Source: Adineta vaga (lineage: Eukaryota; Animalia; Rotifera). From it: DNA of 64,000 nt. The position numbers and the translations under genes were made by a program. A model generated the notes under the pieces. The model did no database searches. It was not told where the DNA came from and saw nothing but the letters and a program-made list of their open reading frames with translations. The stretch lies in the NCBI GenBank assembly GCA_021613535.1, contig CP075492.1:12834001-12898000 (forward strand), written 5' to 3'. Below, in pieces: positions 42,164 through 57,199 of this stretch; within the stretch, counting starts at the first letter, position 1; every line of letters starts with the position of its first letter.

Positions 42164-44460
42164 TCACACAATACTCTCTGAACGAGAATAAATTTCTGCT
42201 GACGACGGTAATACATGTTGTCTTAAAGTTCCTGTTGCACATTGTGTTGAGTAATGATGACAACAGACAGGTACTGGAACTTGAGGATTGGATGAAGTTG
42301 TGTCATATGTTGATTTACATGTTTCCGGATGATGAAGAACATTTGTACGAGGATGATAAGGACGAATTGTATGTGTATTCGATTGAAGAACTGGTTTAAA
42401 CGCACTATGAGGAGTATGAATAATATACGTCGATGTTTCAGAAGGAGGAATTGTTTCATAAACATGATAGTCAATCGTATCACCACCAGTATGTGGTGTC
42501 TGGTAGCATAGAATAGCAGAATTAGTATTTAACTGAGATGGATTCGATAAACATGGAGGAGAAAATATTGTAGTTGCTGTATCATTCGATTTCGATTGTG
42601 AATGTTTTGATGAACATGATGATGTTGATGTAGAAGAAATAGTATTTGTTTGTTCATGATACAAATGTTGCATAAGACTACGATGTAATTCTTCATGTGT
42701 AAAAGAGGAATTTGACTCATTCTGAGTTTTACATTGTGATTGATGTTGAAGACGTCTAATAAAAATCATATAGATCAGTTTTTTCAAATAAATCAAAATA
42801 AAAGTTATTCTTACTTTTTACACGTATAACAAACAACGATATTGATCAAAAAGACTACAATACATATTCCACCGATAATAGCTGCTAGAATACCTGAAGA
42901 AGTAGAAAACAAAAGAATTTAATCAGAGCCGATCATGAAGATTGAATTAAGTATACTTGAATCAATAGCGTTCGTTATTTTTTGTGATTTAGTAATGATA
43001 CTAGTTGATGTAGGTTCATTAGCAGTATTTAGTTGAATATTCGTTTCTTGCTGATTAGATAGAGTAGTTGAACGGTCGATGGTGGTGGTGGTGGTAGTAG
43101 TAGTAGTGATCGTTGTTGTTGATGTTGTAGTTAATGGTTTACTTGAAGGGATCAATGTTGGTAGAGGATTACCACAACGAATAGTTAAAGGTAAAGATTG
43201 TCGAAGAATATCTCTCTCACATATAAATGCTTGTTCTTCATTACACGAACGTTTTATCCAACCATCAGAAGTTCGTAATATACATTTTCCTGTGGATGAA
43301 GATGATCGCCATGGCCACCATGAATGTGCTAAAATAATTTTATATAAACATATTCAATGAAAAACAATATTCCTCTAAGCTATACACTTACCATTATACT
43401 TCTGTTTTTCTTCTGATATCCAAAATGATGTTGGAAGTTGTTGATTCTTTGTTGAAATAAAATAAGCTAGTTTTTTCTCTTGAATAATATCATGTAAATG
43501 AATTAATTTCGATTGGATCGATTGACATTTTTCATTCGCAGACATCCATGTTTGTTTTTCCGAAAAAATCTTCAAACATTTCGAACCAAGAACATATTCA
43601 TCATCATTACATTGTTGATAACCTAAATATGAATAATTTCAATAGAAAAAGATTTCCTTCAATGTTTTGTATTCATTTTTTTACCATATAGACGAATCCA
43701 AAAACCTGATTGACTTAGTGTTTCATCAGTTTGAAAATTTAACGAAATTGGAGATTTTGATGTTAATAATGATGCACCGAATGGAATCATTCCGGAGAAG
43801 GATGATAATCGATCATTGTCTTGTAAATTAAATGAAAGATTCTACAAATCGGGCCAAGAAATGATATATTGAAAAAGAAAATAAATTACAAATTTACCTC
43901 AACATCAATGATTACATTGTTTCTTTTCTTTGATTCAATTGAACAAGTACAATTGACATTATTAGGATATTCATTCGGAAACATTGGACTGATTAAATTG
44001 ATACCATTCGATGATGTATAACTACGTTTAGAACATACATCAACAATTGCTGAATCTAGAATAGATAAAGTTAAAAATTTCACAACTCGCTTCTTTAAAA
44101 CATACTTTTAATACATTGATAAGAAATAAATAGATATGTGGCTTCATCTGAACATTTATGTATAAATTGTTGTGTTAAAACAACTTCACATTTTGATACA
44201 CCATTACATAGTTCAGCTATTTTATGTGTATAATCCATTATACAATCATTTTCAGATGGTTCACATTTTGTTAATGAATTCATTCGATCAAGAGATTTTT
44301 TTGTTCCATAATGTGACCAACCGATCAGAATATATTCATTCGTATTACAGTTAATATCCATATGATTTGCAAATTCTTTTTGTGTACATTGTGATTTTGA
44401 ATACCATTGATCTGATAATGTTGAATGAAAAATGAGAACAAGAAAAATGATTGACAACAT
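42164..44460 (-). CDS. Type I membrane lectin receptor: SUEL/Gal-lectin-like + CUB + C-type lectin + Thr-rich stalk + TM + cytoplasmic tail
   Basis: Signal peptide; CNTNEYILIGWSHYG...CNGVSKC...YLFISYQC; LISPMFPNEYPNNVNCTC (CUB); CLKIFSEKQTWMSANEKC...FWI...WIKRSC...YICE (CTL); poly-Thr; GILAAIIGGICIVVFLINIVVC TM; tail ends ESIV*. Confidence 0.82.
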
Positions 44461-47400
44461 TCTCTATGAAATCTAGAAGAAAAAGAAGAAAGTAATGACT
44501 TTTAATTAGTAGACCATCATTCATAGGTAAGCATTATTAAAAAAAGACGAAAGGAATGTGACATGCCTCGAGAGGTTAGGTTATGTATAGGCAGTCGAAC
44601 CATTGATCCGTATGGTAAAATTAGACGCGTGCATGACTAGCACTGTCAACGTATTGTTCATTATTGTTAAAGCGTAATATACGTTAATTCATGTTGATAT
44701 AAGTCTTTAAATATAACCAAACCGCTATTTACGCTTTCATGAACTTACCGAATATTTTATATATATATTTTTTTCTCTCTCTCATAGTGCCATATTCTTT
44801 ATCATAAGTATCAAAAGTGTGTCAATGTTCACATAAGATGATAGAGAGAAAGGGAGAGAGAAAAAAAATTCCAAATGTCAACAGTGATTGTATGACGCAA
44901 CTCTAACGCATTTCATCTTTGTATTAATCAATATCTTAAGTCACCTTATAAAAACATTCATTTCTTTTTTTTTCCTTCAACGAGTCAATAGAAGTTCGAT
45001 TTCTTCTCTCGGTACACTCGAAAAAAAGATTACTATTAGTTACTGAAAGAAGGCAAGTACTAGTTGTCGCATGACAAGTATTATATTCAAGTACATATAT
45101 GAACAGACAGACAGACAGACAGATTGAACAGCTAATTGTAAATGCATACTTCACTAAACTAACTGACAGAAGAGAGAAAAAACTACACAATAATGTTATG
45201 TCCAATATAATTTATAGAAATGATGACACACTACGAGAGATTTTCTTCCGTCTCGAGAGAAGATCAATTTCATTTGAATACAATGACGCGACAAGAAATG
45301 TGATCTATTTGAATAATTATAAATAGAAGAGAACATATAGTCAATAGAATTCTCCAGATGCCTATTGACTCTAATCTCATAGTTATATCGTTCTGTCTTC
45401 AGAAGTTATTTTATTCTAATGATTTCACATTTGTCTTCTGTTAGTGACTTTCTCTGATCTTCTTCGTCCGAATATAGAAATCAGATTTCTACTATGAATA
45501 AAACAAAAAGATCAAAAAACAACTATCACTTGACCTTTCACTTCCAAAAAAATAAGATAAGACACAACTCTCAAACGATTACCGCCCTGTCATTCTTTTT
45601 GAACCTCTTGTTTTTGTTCATTCTTTAGTCTAGATGAGCATTCATTTGTCAAACTTTCGTTTAAGTGAGTGAGTGAGTGAATGAATGAATGACATAAGAG
45701 AGAAAACGCACGCGCACATACACAGCTAATAATGAAGAGGAGGGGATAGAAGCCTACGAATAGATCAAATGGCATGCGACGAATCTATCTTACGTCAATC
45801 TCCAACGAATCCTTATTATTAATCATTAATTTGATAGAAAAAAAAAGTTGTCTATATCATATTCAAATGACATTTTAATGTTCGAGTGTTTTGTATAAAA
45901 ACGAAGGCAAGTCTATTATCTAGGATATGATATTCATTACTTGAAATTAATTGATAACCTAACTATAAACTATTTTTAATTGGAAATGTCAATCGAATCC
46001 CTGTGGATCGTACACGCATGAAAAATATCATAACTAGACGAGACGATCTCATCTGACCTTTACTTTTCGTTCACAATAGGGAATGAAAAAACAAAATCTC
46101 TGATGTCTATTCGGCAGTACAAATGATTCACCTGCTTGAATTTTTACAGAAGAAATATAAAAGAGTTTCACACGTATGTTAGAAAGTCCAACTGTTACAA
46201 CTCACTCAGACGTATATAAATATAGGCATGTCATCAATAAACGTTTAGTGGATATGAACGATGCTGATCAACAACATCATCATCGTCCACATGTGAAAAA
46301 GAAAAATGTTGGTTGAGTGCCATCGTTGACCTCCAGCTGTTGAGCGTAGAGAGAAGAAAAACATATGAATAGATCATTGATCATTCAGTTGGTGAGAAAC
46401 AGTTCAGGTACATGTTGTCAATAATCATGGAACATAGACAAAAGTCACAAAATAAAGGCGTGGCTCAATCCATACAAAAGAAATCGTTGTCAATGAGATT
46501 CTAATGAGTCTTTTACGCAAAAAGAGAAAAGAAAATCATTATGATTAGCACCAGCTGTTTGAAGAACTTAACCGAATGTAATTTACGAGTTCAATCGTTG
46601 TATATACAGATAAAAAATAACAACAACAACAACTTCCTTGTCTGTTCATCATCATTATACATCAAACCATCTTCCGGAAAAGAAGCAAAGATCTAACGAA
46701 TGTTTCGCTTCTAGACATCATTAAGAACTATAACTGATGTGAATACATATATATATATTCATCTTACCTTCTTTTGCTATCAATCTTGTTGTTAAGAATG
46801 ACCAATGTATACATATATAAACGAGAGAAACAGAGAGAGAGAGAGAAAGACGAGAAGAACAAGAGGAGGAAAAAGAAGAGAAGAGAAGAGAAAAGAACGT
46901 TCGTAAGATCAGGTAGTATTTCCGTCGAATATCAAGAGGAGGAGTTTGTGAGAGGAGAGAAAAGAAATTTAATCGGCTTTTTTTCCATTTGAATACATAC
47001 GTATCTAATGTATTTCTAATTCCTTAATAACAATAGAATATTCAACTCACTTTTTTTTAATTATCGCTTCCGGACTTATATCTCGTTGTTAATAAGAAGA
47101 AAACATTGTTAATATACAGAGATATTTCTTATATTGAATAAAAGAATTTATTTTGTATTTTCGACACTGAATAATCTCAATGAATATACACTTCCTATGA
47201 TCACTCTATCAATTTTGAAATATGTATGTCTAGTAATAAGAACATAAACGTTGCCTCAGGGAATGACTTACACATATATTCAATTTACGCATTTAGACAA
47301 TCAACAAACTAATCACACATCATAATTCACTATGGTTTATGATTTAATTTCGAAAAAAAATAATATCATTTCCGATGACAACACACACATTCAACTTAGA

Positions 47401-48411
47401 TTCTAATCTGATTGAACAGATCAACGTAGACATATACATAAATAACTGATTTCCTCATACTGATAGATGTTATTGTGTAATAGAATAATGATATCACAAC
47501 AAGAGGAAAAGAAAGAAAACTAACCTACTGTACTATTGACAAGTATAACGAGTCGTTTATATTCAAGAAAAGTCAAATATACATTTCATCTATTTACTCA
47601 ACTTACTTAAACAAACGAACGGAATGTTTTACTTGTACACACTCCAGACCAATCGGTCAGTTCTATTATTATTGTTCTATTCTGCTAACACATATCAATA
47701 TTGAAATAAGAGAAAACGGCTATGTGATATTTCTATCATTAAGTAGGTGCAATTGACATGAAAAAGTCGGTATTTTAATAATAGTACTTAACTCTACTGA
47801 TTGTTCTAATTATAAAGAATTGTCGATCAAATATAGTAGAAGAAAATGCGACAAGTAACAAGCATCGAAATGTTCTCCTTCTCTTTTTTTATTATTCAAG
47901 GTTGATAGTTGTCATTCCCAAAGGTAAAACATAACATCAAAAAGAGAAGGGGAAAGAAAAAGAAATTATTACGTTTACTCATTTGGAAAAACTATCAAGG
48001 TTATTTTTCGATAAAAAAAGAAAGTTTTTTTATTTCTTTATTTAAAAGTTCATATTAAATGTTCGTCTGACAATCAAGGTGAAATTTCTATGTTAAATAT
48101 TCATTACTCGTCGCGACAATGCCGATTTTAAAATTTTGATAATGTTTCGTTTCTGTCATTTTCATGCTTGTCAATTTAATTTTCTATACGTGTCAGACGA
48201 AGAAAAAAAGAAAGCTCTCGTTTTCATCTTTTCTCTTCAATTAGAAGTCTATCCGTATGATATCGAATTTGTTCATTTTCAAAGAAGTTCACACGTTTAT
48301 ATTGCTATGAATAATTTCTTTGACAATCAGATGAATAAAAACATTTAAGACTTATTTCAATTACCTTGAAATGAGATTTTTTTTCTCTTTATACAATAAC
48401 ACATGAATCTC

Positions 48412-48453
48412 GATCTTTTTATTCGGATATATCTTTTTATTCGGATATATCTT
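48412..48453. repeat. 18-bp direct tandem duplication (atctttttattcggatat, about 2.3 copies)
   Basis: Read directly from the sequence. Confidence 0.8.
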
Positions 48454-51400
48454 GTTGATCGTAACTGACTAATCAAGAAGCACTTGCTCATAATTATAGT
48501 GATGAATCGTTAGGAGAATGCCGCTATACTTATCTAAAGGCTTTCCACTCGCTAATTTTGAGCATCTGTGAGTAGATTTATTCTTTCTTCACGTCGTCGC
48601 GGAGTTGTGTCGGCTAATTTCAGTACACGTAATCTACACAGAAAGAAAAAAGAAGATTGCGTGAGCAACGGAATTGTGCTATTGGCGGTACACCGTACAA
48701 TCATGTTAGATCTCCGTTGGGAGAAACACACATTCAATCAATGAACCAACGAGCAACATCATCATCATCATCATTTCCGATCAGCGAAAAAAAAGTATAT
48801 GCTCCACTGAAGAGTGTCAATAGATCCTTGATCCAATCAGCAGGATAAGTAGTTTCTCTTGATGAGAAGAGCAACAACAAACACCTGTCAATCACTATTC
48901 TCTATAAATCACTATCTATTTCCACAATACATATATATATATAATGTTAAATAAATGTCCTCTGAATAAAATAAATCATAAAGACTTACACAATCCTTCT
49001 GATTGAATTACTAATAAGTCACGATGATGTAAAGTTCATTATACCTTGTTTAACATCATACACTTGTGCACATAACCAAGAAATTCGATCTTCTATTTGT
49101 GATTAAATAAAAAAAGAAGAAGAAGAAAAGCGGAAGAGAAGAAAAAGAAAGAGGGACATTTTATCTTCACTAAAGTTATTAACATGTGCATGTCGTGTGT
49201 TCTACGCATCTTTTTCTATCTCTCAAAATGTACTGAAAAAATATGGAATAGTGTAATTAACTCATCGTTGATATATGTATATGTTTATATACAAGACAAA
49301 TACATGTACTGAATCGTAATAAGTCGACCAAGGTTAAAACGATTTCTACAACTTATGTTCTTGCTAGTCTTTCAACATCTTCATGTTCTTTTATTGACTA
49401 ATGTTGACACTTTCTAATAAAGAATGCATAGAGATAATTATTATAGAATACTATGGAGAATAATTATCCTCGACTTCTTGTTATATCAACATGAAAGATA
49501 ATGAATTGAGGTCACATTTATTTTTCCTTAAAATAGAAATCGATAGTTTTCTTTTCTCGATGTTTTTTTTTTCGAAACAAAAAAATTAGCAATTTGTTGA
49601 GTAGAAAAAGAGATCATTGTTCTGCTTGATTTCATTGTAATTAACAATTGTAAAACCTTGGTTAATATATAATGTCATCATCATTATCAACCAAGTAAAT
49701 CAACCGAATAGAAATGCCTCGATTACTTTTCTGTCTGACAAGGTTGATAGTATCAAAAGATTGACTTGGAAAACTCGATTGTTATACGACAGAGAATTCG
49801 GAAATCTTGTTATTTCAATCTCAATTCATGGTCATGTTACTTTATTTATCTATAAACTATGATTAGAGTCGGAGTATGTCTCCTTGTAAATGACAAAGAA
49901 AATGATTTGTTCGAGACTTTTAATTTGATAGATTGTTGACATGTTGAAAAGAATTGTCAGATGAATTTTGGATAAGAACTTGAACGCAAACTGTTGGCTC
50001 TATCAATATACAAACGATACATTTTGTCACATAGAATATGAGATAAGACATAATTTTTTATGAAGGCTACAAGCAAAACAATATGTATATATCAGAGATT
50101 TGATGCATTGGTTCAATGGCAGAGGAAATGAAAAGCGTTTCCGTCTAGAACTACAAGTCATTAAATGTCTACAAGGTCTTGATGTTATGATTACTAATAA
50201 CTATATGTATCGATGATCAACATATTAGAAGAAAAAGAACCTCGAGCAAAGGATGATTGTTACCGTTTTTTGCTAGAACTCGCTATAGTTTATGTTAGAA
50301 TGATATACTATTATGAAATTTAAGGAAAGTCATCGACATATTTTATTTTCTCATATCTGATAATAGATGTTCCGATGTGTAAATCTCAAGGTTCAGACGT
50401 CTGATGAAGAAAAGCTATTTCTGTAAATATCTTATGGCGATTCACTGCATGGAATATTAATGGAGAATTCTTTTGAGAAAAGAAACATGATTATTACATG
50501 TTGAATCTATAATAATAATCCAAGAAGAGAAAAGTATCTATAGACCTGTGTTTTTCAATGCTAATTGTACTTATATTCTTTTTATAGGTTTTTGAGAGAC
50601 AATCAACAACTGCTTAGTCGATTGTCTGGGCGTGTGTTCACAAGGACTCAATTACTGACTCTGCGGATAATTATTTCAGCTATTCTTTGTATAGTAACAC
50701 GAACATTTTTGTCGAGACATATTAGTTTTTCATGTATAATTGTAATAAAGATAGTTTCAAATTGGATCAATATCTTCCAAGTTCATTCTACCAAAAGCTT
50801 TGATGTTCGTCATTTTTTCTGTTGGAAACTAAATGAAAAAATAATCTTTGCCTTTGACAATCCATTGCATTTGCGGGTATTTTTAATCATCAATGACATC
50901 AAAACTGTCTTGCAAAAGTAAAAAATTATATAATAAGCTCAACGATATATAGTTTTATCGAATATTAGACTACAGATTGAAAAGATTTCCTTACGACAAA
51001 TCGTTATTTATCATTATGTTTAATTTTTTTCGATTATATTGAAAATCTATTCAATTGTATGGTTTTTCTTTATTGATCTTTTCGTTTAAATCCATGTACA
51101 ATCTATTGTCTTTTTTCAAGTATATCGAATATCATAGATGATCTAATCGAAACAAATTTTATACTTTGTTAACGTCGTATAACTGTGATGTTTGTATCGT
51201 GAAGGATAGCAACATAGCTTATTGTTTTGGTGACTATTAATCGTGATCGTAATCAACGATATATGAGTAGTTTAAAACAAGCTTATCCGTGGATGACAAT
51301 CAGTTGTATTCAACAAGATATATCAGTATGTTTTATTTATTGATCAGAGTAGCAATGTGAATAGGTAACCAAAAATAAGAGATAGTTCATTGGCTATTTA

Positions 51401-51485
51401 CTGTTCTATATAGGAATTAACTATATTAGTTACTTAGTAAGGATAAGATTAAATTCAGAATGAAAAAAGATGTCTATTTCTATGA

Positions 51486-52174
51486 TTAATTCGATGTGTT
51501 TTGTAAATTTTGTACACGAGTTACAATTGTTGACAATTGTTTTTGCATTTGAATGCCATGTTGATTCATTTGTTGACAAACAGAAGCAATATCATTTACA
51601 ATTGGTAATAACTGACTCATATCTGTATTGTTTGACGGTTTTAAATTAAAGATACGTTCATTCCATCGATGTTCGAAATCATTAATCATGCTTTCGAAAT
51701 CACTGAATGAAAATAGAAGAAAGATGAGTTATAAAATAAAAACTTTTTGTTTTAATATACTAACGTTTTCTGTTTTTCTAATAAATCGAATAAACGAACT
51801 TCAGATATTGGTTGTTGAGGACATTGAGCACTGATATGTCCCTCACTACGACATTGATAACATACAGTTGGCCAAAAAGGTCGGATATAATGTGGTTTAT
51901 CTTCAATATAAATTCTTCCTTCTTGCAAAATATCGAGTACTGGCTTATCGAAATAAAAATCAATTCGAATTGAATTTAATTCATTGCCATCTTGATCATG
52001 ATTTCGGAAGACTTTTTTCACATCAACATAATGATTATTTAAATGATTGAATAACCAATTTTCATTTTTTGTTACAGAAACATTTGAAACAATTAATGAT
52101 TTTGGTGGTGATTTTTTTGATACTGAACTATGGGATGTCGTTGAAGATTGATCCGAATCTTGTTTGCCTGGCAT
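51486..52174 (-). CDS. Zinc-knuckle (CCHC) protein resembling non-LTR retrotransposon ORF1/gag, 2 exons
   Basis: RRM-like SLIVSNV...SIRIDF...GRIYI..HYIRPF, then CYQCRSEGHISAQC (CX2CX4HX4C). GT-AG intron ~51765-51703 joins a coiled-coil exon. No RT or endonuclease nearby. Confidence 0.72.
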
Positions 52175-52809
52175 TGTATGGATCAAAAATGAATAATGAT
52201 CAAAATGTCGAAAATTCGCTTATATATACAACACAAGTTACATTTCTTTTGTGAAATTAACCTAACGACATGTTGGCTGTTTCCTTGTTTTTATTGCATC
52301 ATCGTTTGCAATGATGACGTGTAATCATATCGACGTCAGAACGCAGAGGAAAAAACAATAATTTCACCATTCATAGACTATTGCCTAACTATTGATACAT
52401 AGGTTCTTTTTTTCTATCTTCATTGAAATAGTTACGATGAGATCATTATATCATAAGATTGTATATAGAGGTAATTGAACTTACAATACAAGTGAGTTCA
52501 AATGTATCATACTATTTCTTCCTTGTCTCGTACAGTATTAAATACGTTGATCTCAATTTAAACAAAATCAAAGATGTTTACTAAGTTTTTATTTCTAAAA
52601 TTATAAGCGAAACGTTCTTTTTAAAGACAGAATAACATATCTGACACAATCAAACGAGAGCAAGAGAGAGCGTGTGCGTGACGAAAGTTCTATAACATAT
52701 AGAATATCAATCACGCGTATAAATCCACACACACACACACACCGAGTAGAGTATAATGAAAGACAATTATCTAAGCAAACACATACACTCCCTCTCTTTG
52801 AATATTCAA

Positions 52810-55539
52810 TTAATTATTTAATGTACGTAACGGACTTTGAGTAAAGGCCGAATTTGTAAATGAAGAAGATCCTGTTGGAATAATATGATCATAAATATAA
52901 TGTTCAATTTGATTTGGATTGGATGTTCTTGTTGAAGAACATGATGATGTTGTTGAAGAATATTCTTCATATTTTGGATGGTTAGTAGTAGTAGTAGTAT
53001 TAGTTTTTGAAGAAGTCTGAAAAAAGAAATTTAGTGGGCGAAGAAATAATTTCCAGTGGATTTTACGGTATCATTGATCGAGATTGATTGTGTTGTAAGA
53101 TCATCAAGATTAACAGATGATGAATTATTGTTGTTGTTATTATTATTATTATTATTCATATTCCATGAATTATTCAATTGTTGATCATGAATACTTGAGA
53201 GAAATGCATCAGATATATTTTCTGATGAAATTTCTTTGCCTTTACCAGAATCAGGAGAATCACTAATGCAATCTTGTGGATTCGATGTACCATTAGTAGA
53301 ATTCGAAGCAGTTAAAGATGAAAACAATGTTGGTAATAAGAATAAATTTGTCGGACGTGATTGAAGACCCTATTAAAAATAAAAAGAAGTATAATTTTCA
53401 TTTTCTCCAACAAAAATTCTCATCAGTTTAGTTTATAATTGTTCATACCTTTAATACTTCGAATTGTTTATTATTACTATTCAACTTAAGTTCTAATTCA
53501 TGTGTATAAAGTAATAATTGTTGAATATGTGATAATAATTCTCGATTACGTTCAATTAATAATTTATTTTTATTCTAGAAAAGAAATCAATCGATTTTTC
53601 CTCCGAAAAATAATTTTAAAGACATACTTGTGAATCAATTCTAGAAGCAATTTCAATATTTAATTGTTCTTTAATTAATTTCAATTGATTGAATGTTAAT
53701 TCTGATTCATTTTGAATTTGTTGTAATTGTTCTTGCATGAATTGCATTTGATGTTTAAGTGTAAATTCACTCGTTGATGGTGAAGAAATTAAACCAATAG
53801 AACTTCTATGATTTATCGAAGGAGACTATAAATGAAAACGAATAGAGGTAGAAGAATTCGTTTTTGTAAAAGAAATATGTACTGTTGATTGTTGAACACT
53901 TGGTAAATAACGATCTGTTTTTTCAATTGGATCTGATATGACTATTTCTGAAATGAAATTAAATTGAATAAGAAATTGAAGTGAATCAATATACAAACTT
54001 GTTTCCGAAGGGACAACATTTTTCGTTGTAGTTGGTGATTGTTGTGAAGATAATTTATGGCAAACTTCAAATGCTTGTCCAATTGTTCGAACAATATGAA
54101 TTGCTTCGTTCTAAAATGAAAAGAAAATTAAATAAACAACAAGAGTTAATCAAATCAAAATAAAACGCTATTTTTGGTTTATCCTACATTGGATAAAAAC
54201 TTTCTTATAGCAAATGTGAAGTTTATATGACCTTGTTACATTATTTAAATGTTCATGAGACATAATGGTTATTCTATATCCTATCTTGATGTTTTCGTTA
54301 AATATAGACGAAGTACAAATCGATGATCAAGGATAATTCATTGTCCTTGTCTTTATAGTTTTACCTTGATTTAAAAAACGAATCAATTTACCTTCTTATA
54401 TGCTTTGAAAACATTGCAACGAAATGTATTAGTCGTATTATCTCGTGCTATGAAACTAAAAATCTTCAAATCTTGACTATCATGTGAAACATAGAAGATT
54501 CTAAAACATAATAAGATAAAAAAAAGAACTCTTTAACATATATTCTATTTCGCTTATCTTCCTACCGATAGATTGGATGTTGCATTATGATTGTTCGTTC
54601 ATCATCATAATAGATTTTTTTCTAGACGAGAAGAAAAACGAAATAGAATTTATTGAAAAAAAAGATTATTTATATTCATATTACTTTATCTTTTTTCCAT
54701 AGATCAATTTTAATTCCTTCGATAGATATTGATAAATTAACTGCATGTTTTTTAACTGCTTGTGATTTGAATTCATACTAAATTTTCATATATCAATTCA
54801 TTTCGAGCGTGAGTAAGTCATAGCAAAAACAAACTTACACGAATACGACGCATAGCAGCTATGATCTCATTTCGACTTGTCGGTTTCGGTACTTCAAGTG
54901 ATCCAATGAACTGAAAGTACATTTTAATTCATTTTACAAACGATTCAAGCATTAATAAAGGAAATGATTACTTTAACTTTAAATTGAATTCCATGTTGAA
55001 ATGCTTCTTCATTATGCAATGGAACTTTATTATCAAATCCGTCTTCAAACATTGGATTATAAGATCGAGTTTTTGTTGATCTAAGTAAAGATCTAAATAG
55101 AATATAAAAAAACAAAGACACAGTTCTTATTTGATCGATTTGAAGTATCAAAGAAAATTTCTCATATCTATTTATATATTCATATGATAGATGTCACATC
55201 TAACTGATCTGATGATTGATACAACCTTTCATTTATATTCCAGATATGTATTTATCTATTGACCTTCTTCGAAAGGTTTCGACGGTATGCAATAAGAACC
55301 TATTGAGTTTAATACATACAAGATCCAGACAAAATCTGTTCGTCGCGAATAATAAAGAAAATACCTTGACCTATCCTTTGGACTTAAAAATAGTACTTAT
55401 GGAATTTTTCAAGTAAGTTATGTCTCGAGGGATCTAAGTTTTGTCTTATAACAAACAATAGTTAAAAATAGAAAATTCTATACATAAATCTCATTTTTTC
55501 CTTAAAATAGAACAACTGATCATACCTTTTCAATCGCAT
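52810..55539 (-). CDS. NOS1AP: PTB-domain adaptor CAPON/NOS1AP (DYC-1-like), multi-exon
   Basis: [17 protein letters not shown]|[24 protein letters not shown]|YEFK...HPIYR|[20 protein letters not shown]...FRCNVFKA|...[15 protein letters not shown], followed by a coiled coil. First exon inferred as MRLKR at 55539. Confidence 0.9.
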
Positions 55540-56882
55540 TCTTCGTCGTCCTACAAGAAATTCATTTACCCACTTACAATTATTAATAAAAGAAAGTGAT
55601 AAAGTATAACTTCCGTTTCTCTTTCTAACGTTCAAATATATATATATATATCAATACATAGAGATACATATGTATACATTACACTTGTCATAAGCCATCG
55701 ATATGATCCTATCAGATTGATAGAAGTATTACATATCGTGTATATCATAGTACATATGTCATTTTAGTCATTATTTTAACATATGTATATTCATTTAAAT
55801 GAGTGTATATCTCTTACCAATAGAATGATGATATCATATATGATCCTGTACGTTTCTTTTCTATACTTTACTTAATGACAAGACATTTAAATAATCATCG
55901 ACTATTTATCAAAGAACATTTTTCTTCTTCTTTGCTCTCTATGAACGAACACCTTTGAAGATTATTCTTTTGATTTGATTGAAGAATATGTATATTTTCA
56001 TGGTCTTACGAGAGAAAGAAGAAAAAGAAAGAAGCTAAGCTGTTCTTTACATACAGACAAATGAATAACAAGAGATTTTTATCATCATTTGATTAAATGA
56101 TCAATAACAAGGTCGACGTCGTATATATGTGTAATATAAAAAAAATCCATCTTTCATCAATCTGATAACGAGTTTCTCTTTTTGTCAAGATAGAATATGA
56201 AATAGATATACACATGTGTTTGTCTATCATTTTGAATGACAAGGAAATCTTCGAATTCTGTTTTGACATGTTGTTCTATCGATCAAAAAGTGTTTGTCCA
56301 TTGAGTGAAAACAGTTTCTGTTTATTCTCAATTGTAAACTTATCAGATCAAAAGAAAACTTACTTGAATAAAGCCATCTGTGTTCAATTGAATGATCGTA
56401 TCATAAAAATCTATTATAAAAGAGGAAAAACAAACGATCATAAAGACAAAAACATATATTAACTTACTTGTCAATGATTTGATCTGAGTATAGACTCTTA
56501 GTTATACTATATATATATATATATAACTGACAAGGATAAAATTACAGATGTATAATAGATTTTCTCTCATTTTTTATGGTCTGTAGAAAAGAAAATAGAT
56601 TGTTTCGCTCTTGTGTGTTTATGTCATTTTGTTCGTGTCATGTAAGTTGATGAATAATAGAATTGAGATGAAGCAGAAGAGAAAAGAATAATAACAACCG
56701 GTGAATATAATCATTTCATATAGACAAATGAGAAAATAATTGATTGTTTATATGTTAAACTAACTTATAATTATAATCAATATGAGAGAATCTTTTCCTG
56801 TTCAAAGTGTTGTTTGTAAAGAATATTTTATTATTAAATCTTTTGTGTTACAAATCTATAATTTAGTTTCGTATCAAAACTA

Positions 56883-56910
56883 GTTGTTGTTGTTGTTGTT
56901 GTTGTTGTTG
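56883..56910. repeat. (GTT)n microsatellite
   Basis: About 9 perfect GTT units. Confidence 0.85.
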
Positions 56911-57199
56911 TGTTGATAAGAAGTTAACGACAGATGACAGATAGATTGTCAAGCGAGAAAAAACTGTATTTACAATCAACAAAAAATGATTGTCGTCATT
57001 TGATTTTCTGGATATAAACACGAATACACATAATTACCGGCACAATGTAGCGGAAATGTTCCTATCGAGCTCTATTGTAAACATGATATGTCAATGAATT
57101 GTTAATTAACTATGAAATAGAATCATGATATTCTTGCAAAAAAAAATGAAGTACTCAGTGAAAATTTTATATCAATATATATCAAAACAAAATACAAGT

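Noticed and set aside
48412-48453. Direct repeat considered as a CRISPR-like array or target-site duplication
   Set aside because: Only two adjacent copies with no spacer or insert; simple slippage duplication.
44936-48848. Short ORFs in the long intergenic region
   Set aside because: Driven by microsatellites and purine tracts; no homology cues or exon chains.
50104-50150. GCATTGGTTCAATGGCAGA resembles the 5' end of tRNA-Gly
   Set aside because: No anticodon arm, TTCGA T-loop or acceptor-stem partner follows.
50565-50921. 118-aa plus-strand ORF and a protein-like antisense stretch
   Set aside because: Non-ATG start, no motif and no consistent splice structure on either strand; at most an unidentifiable relic.
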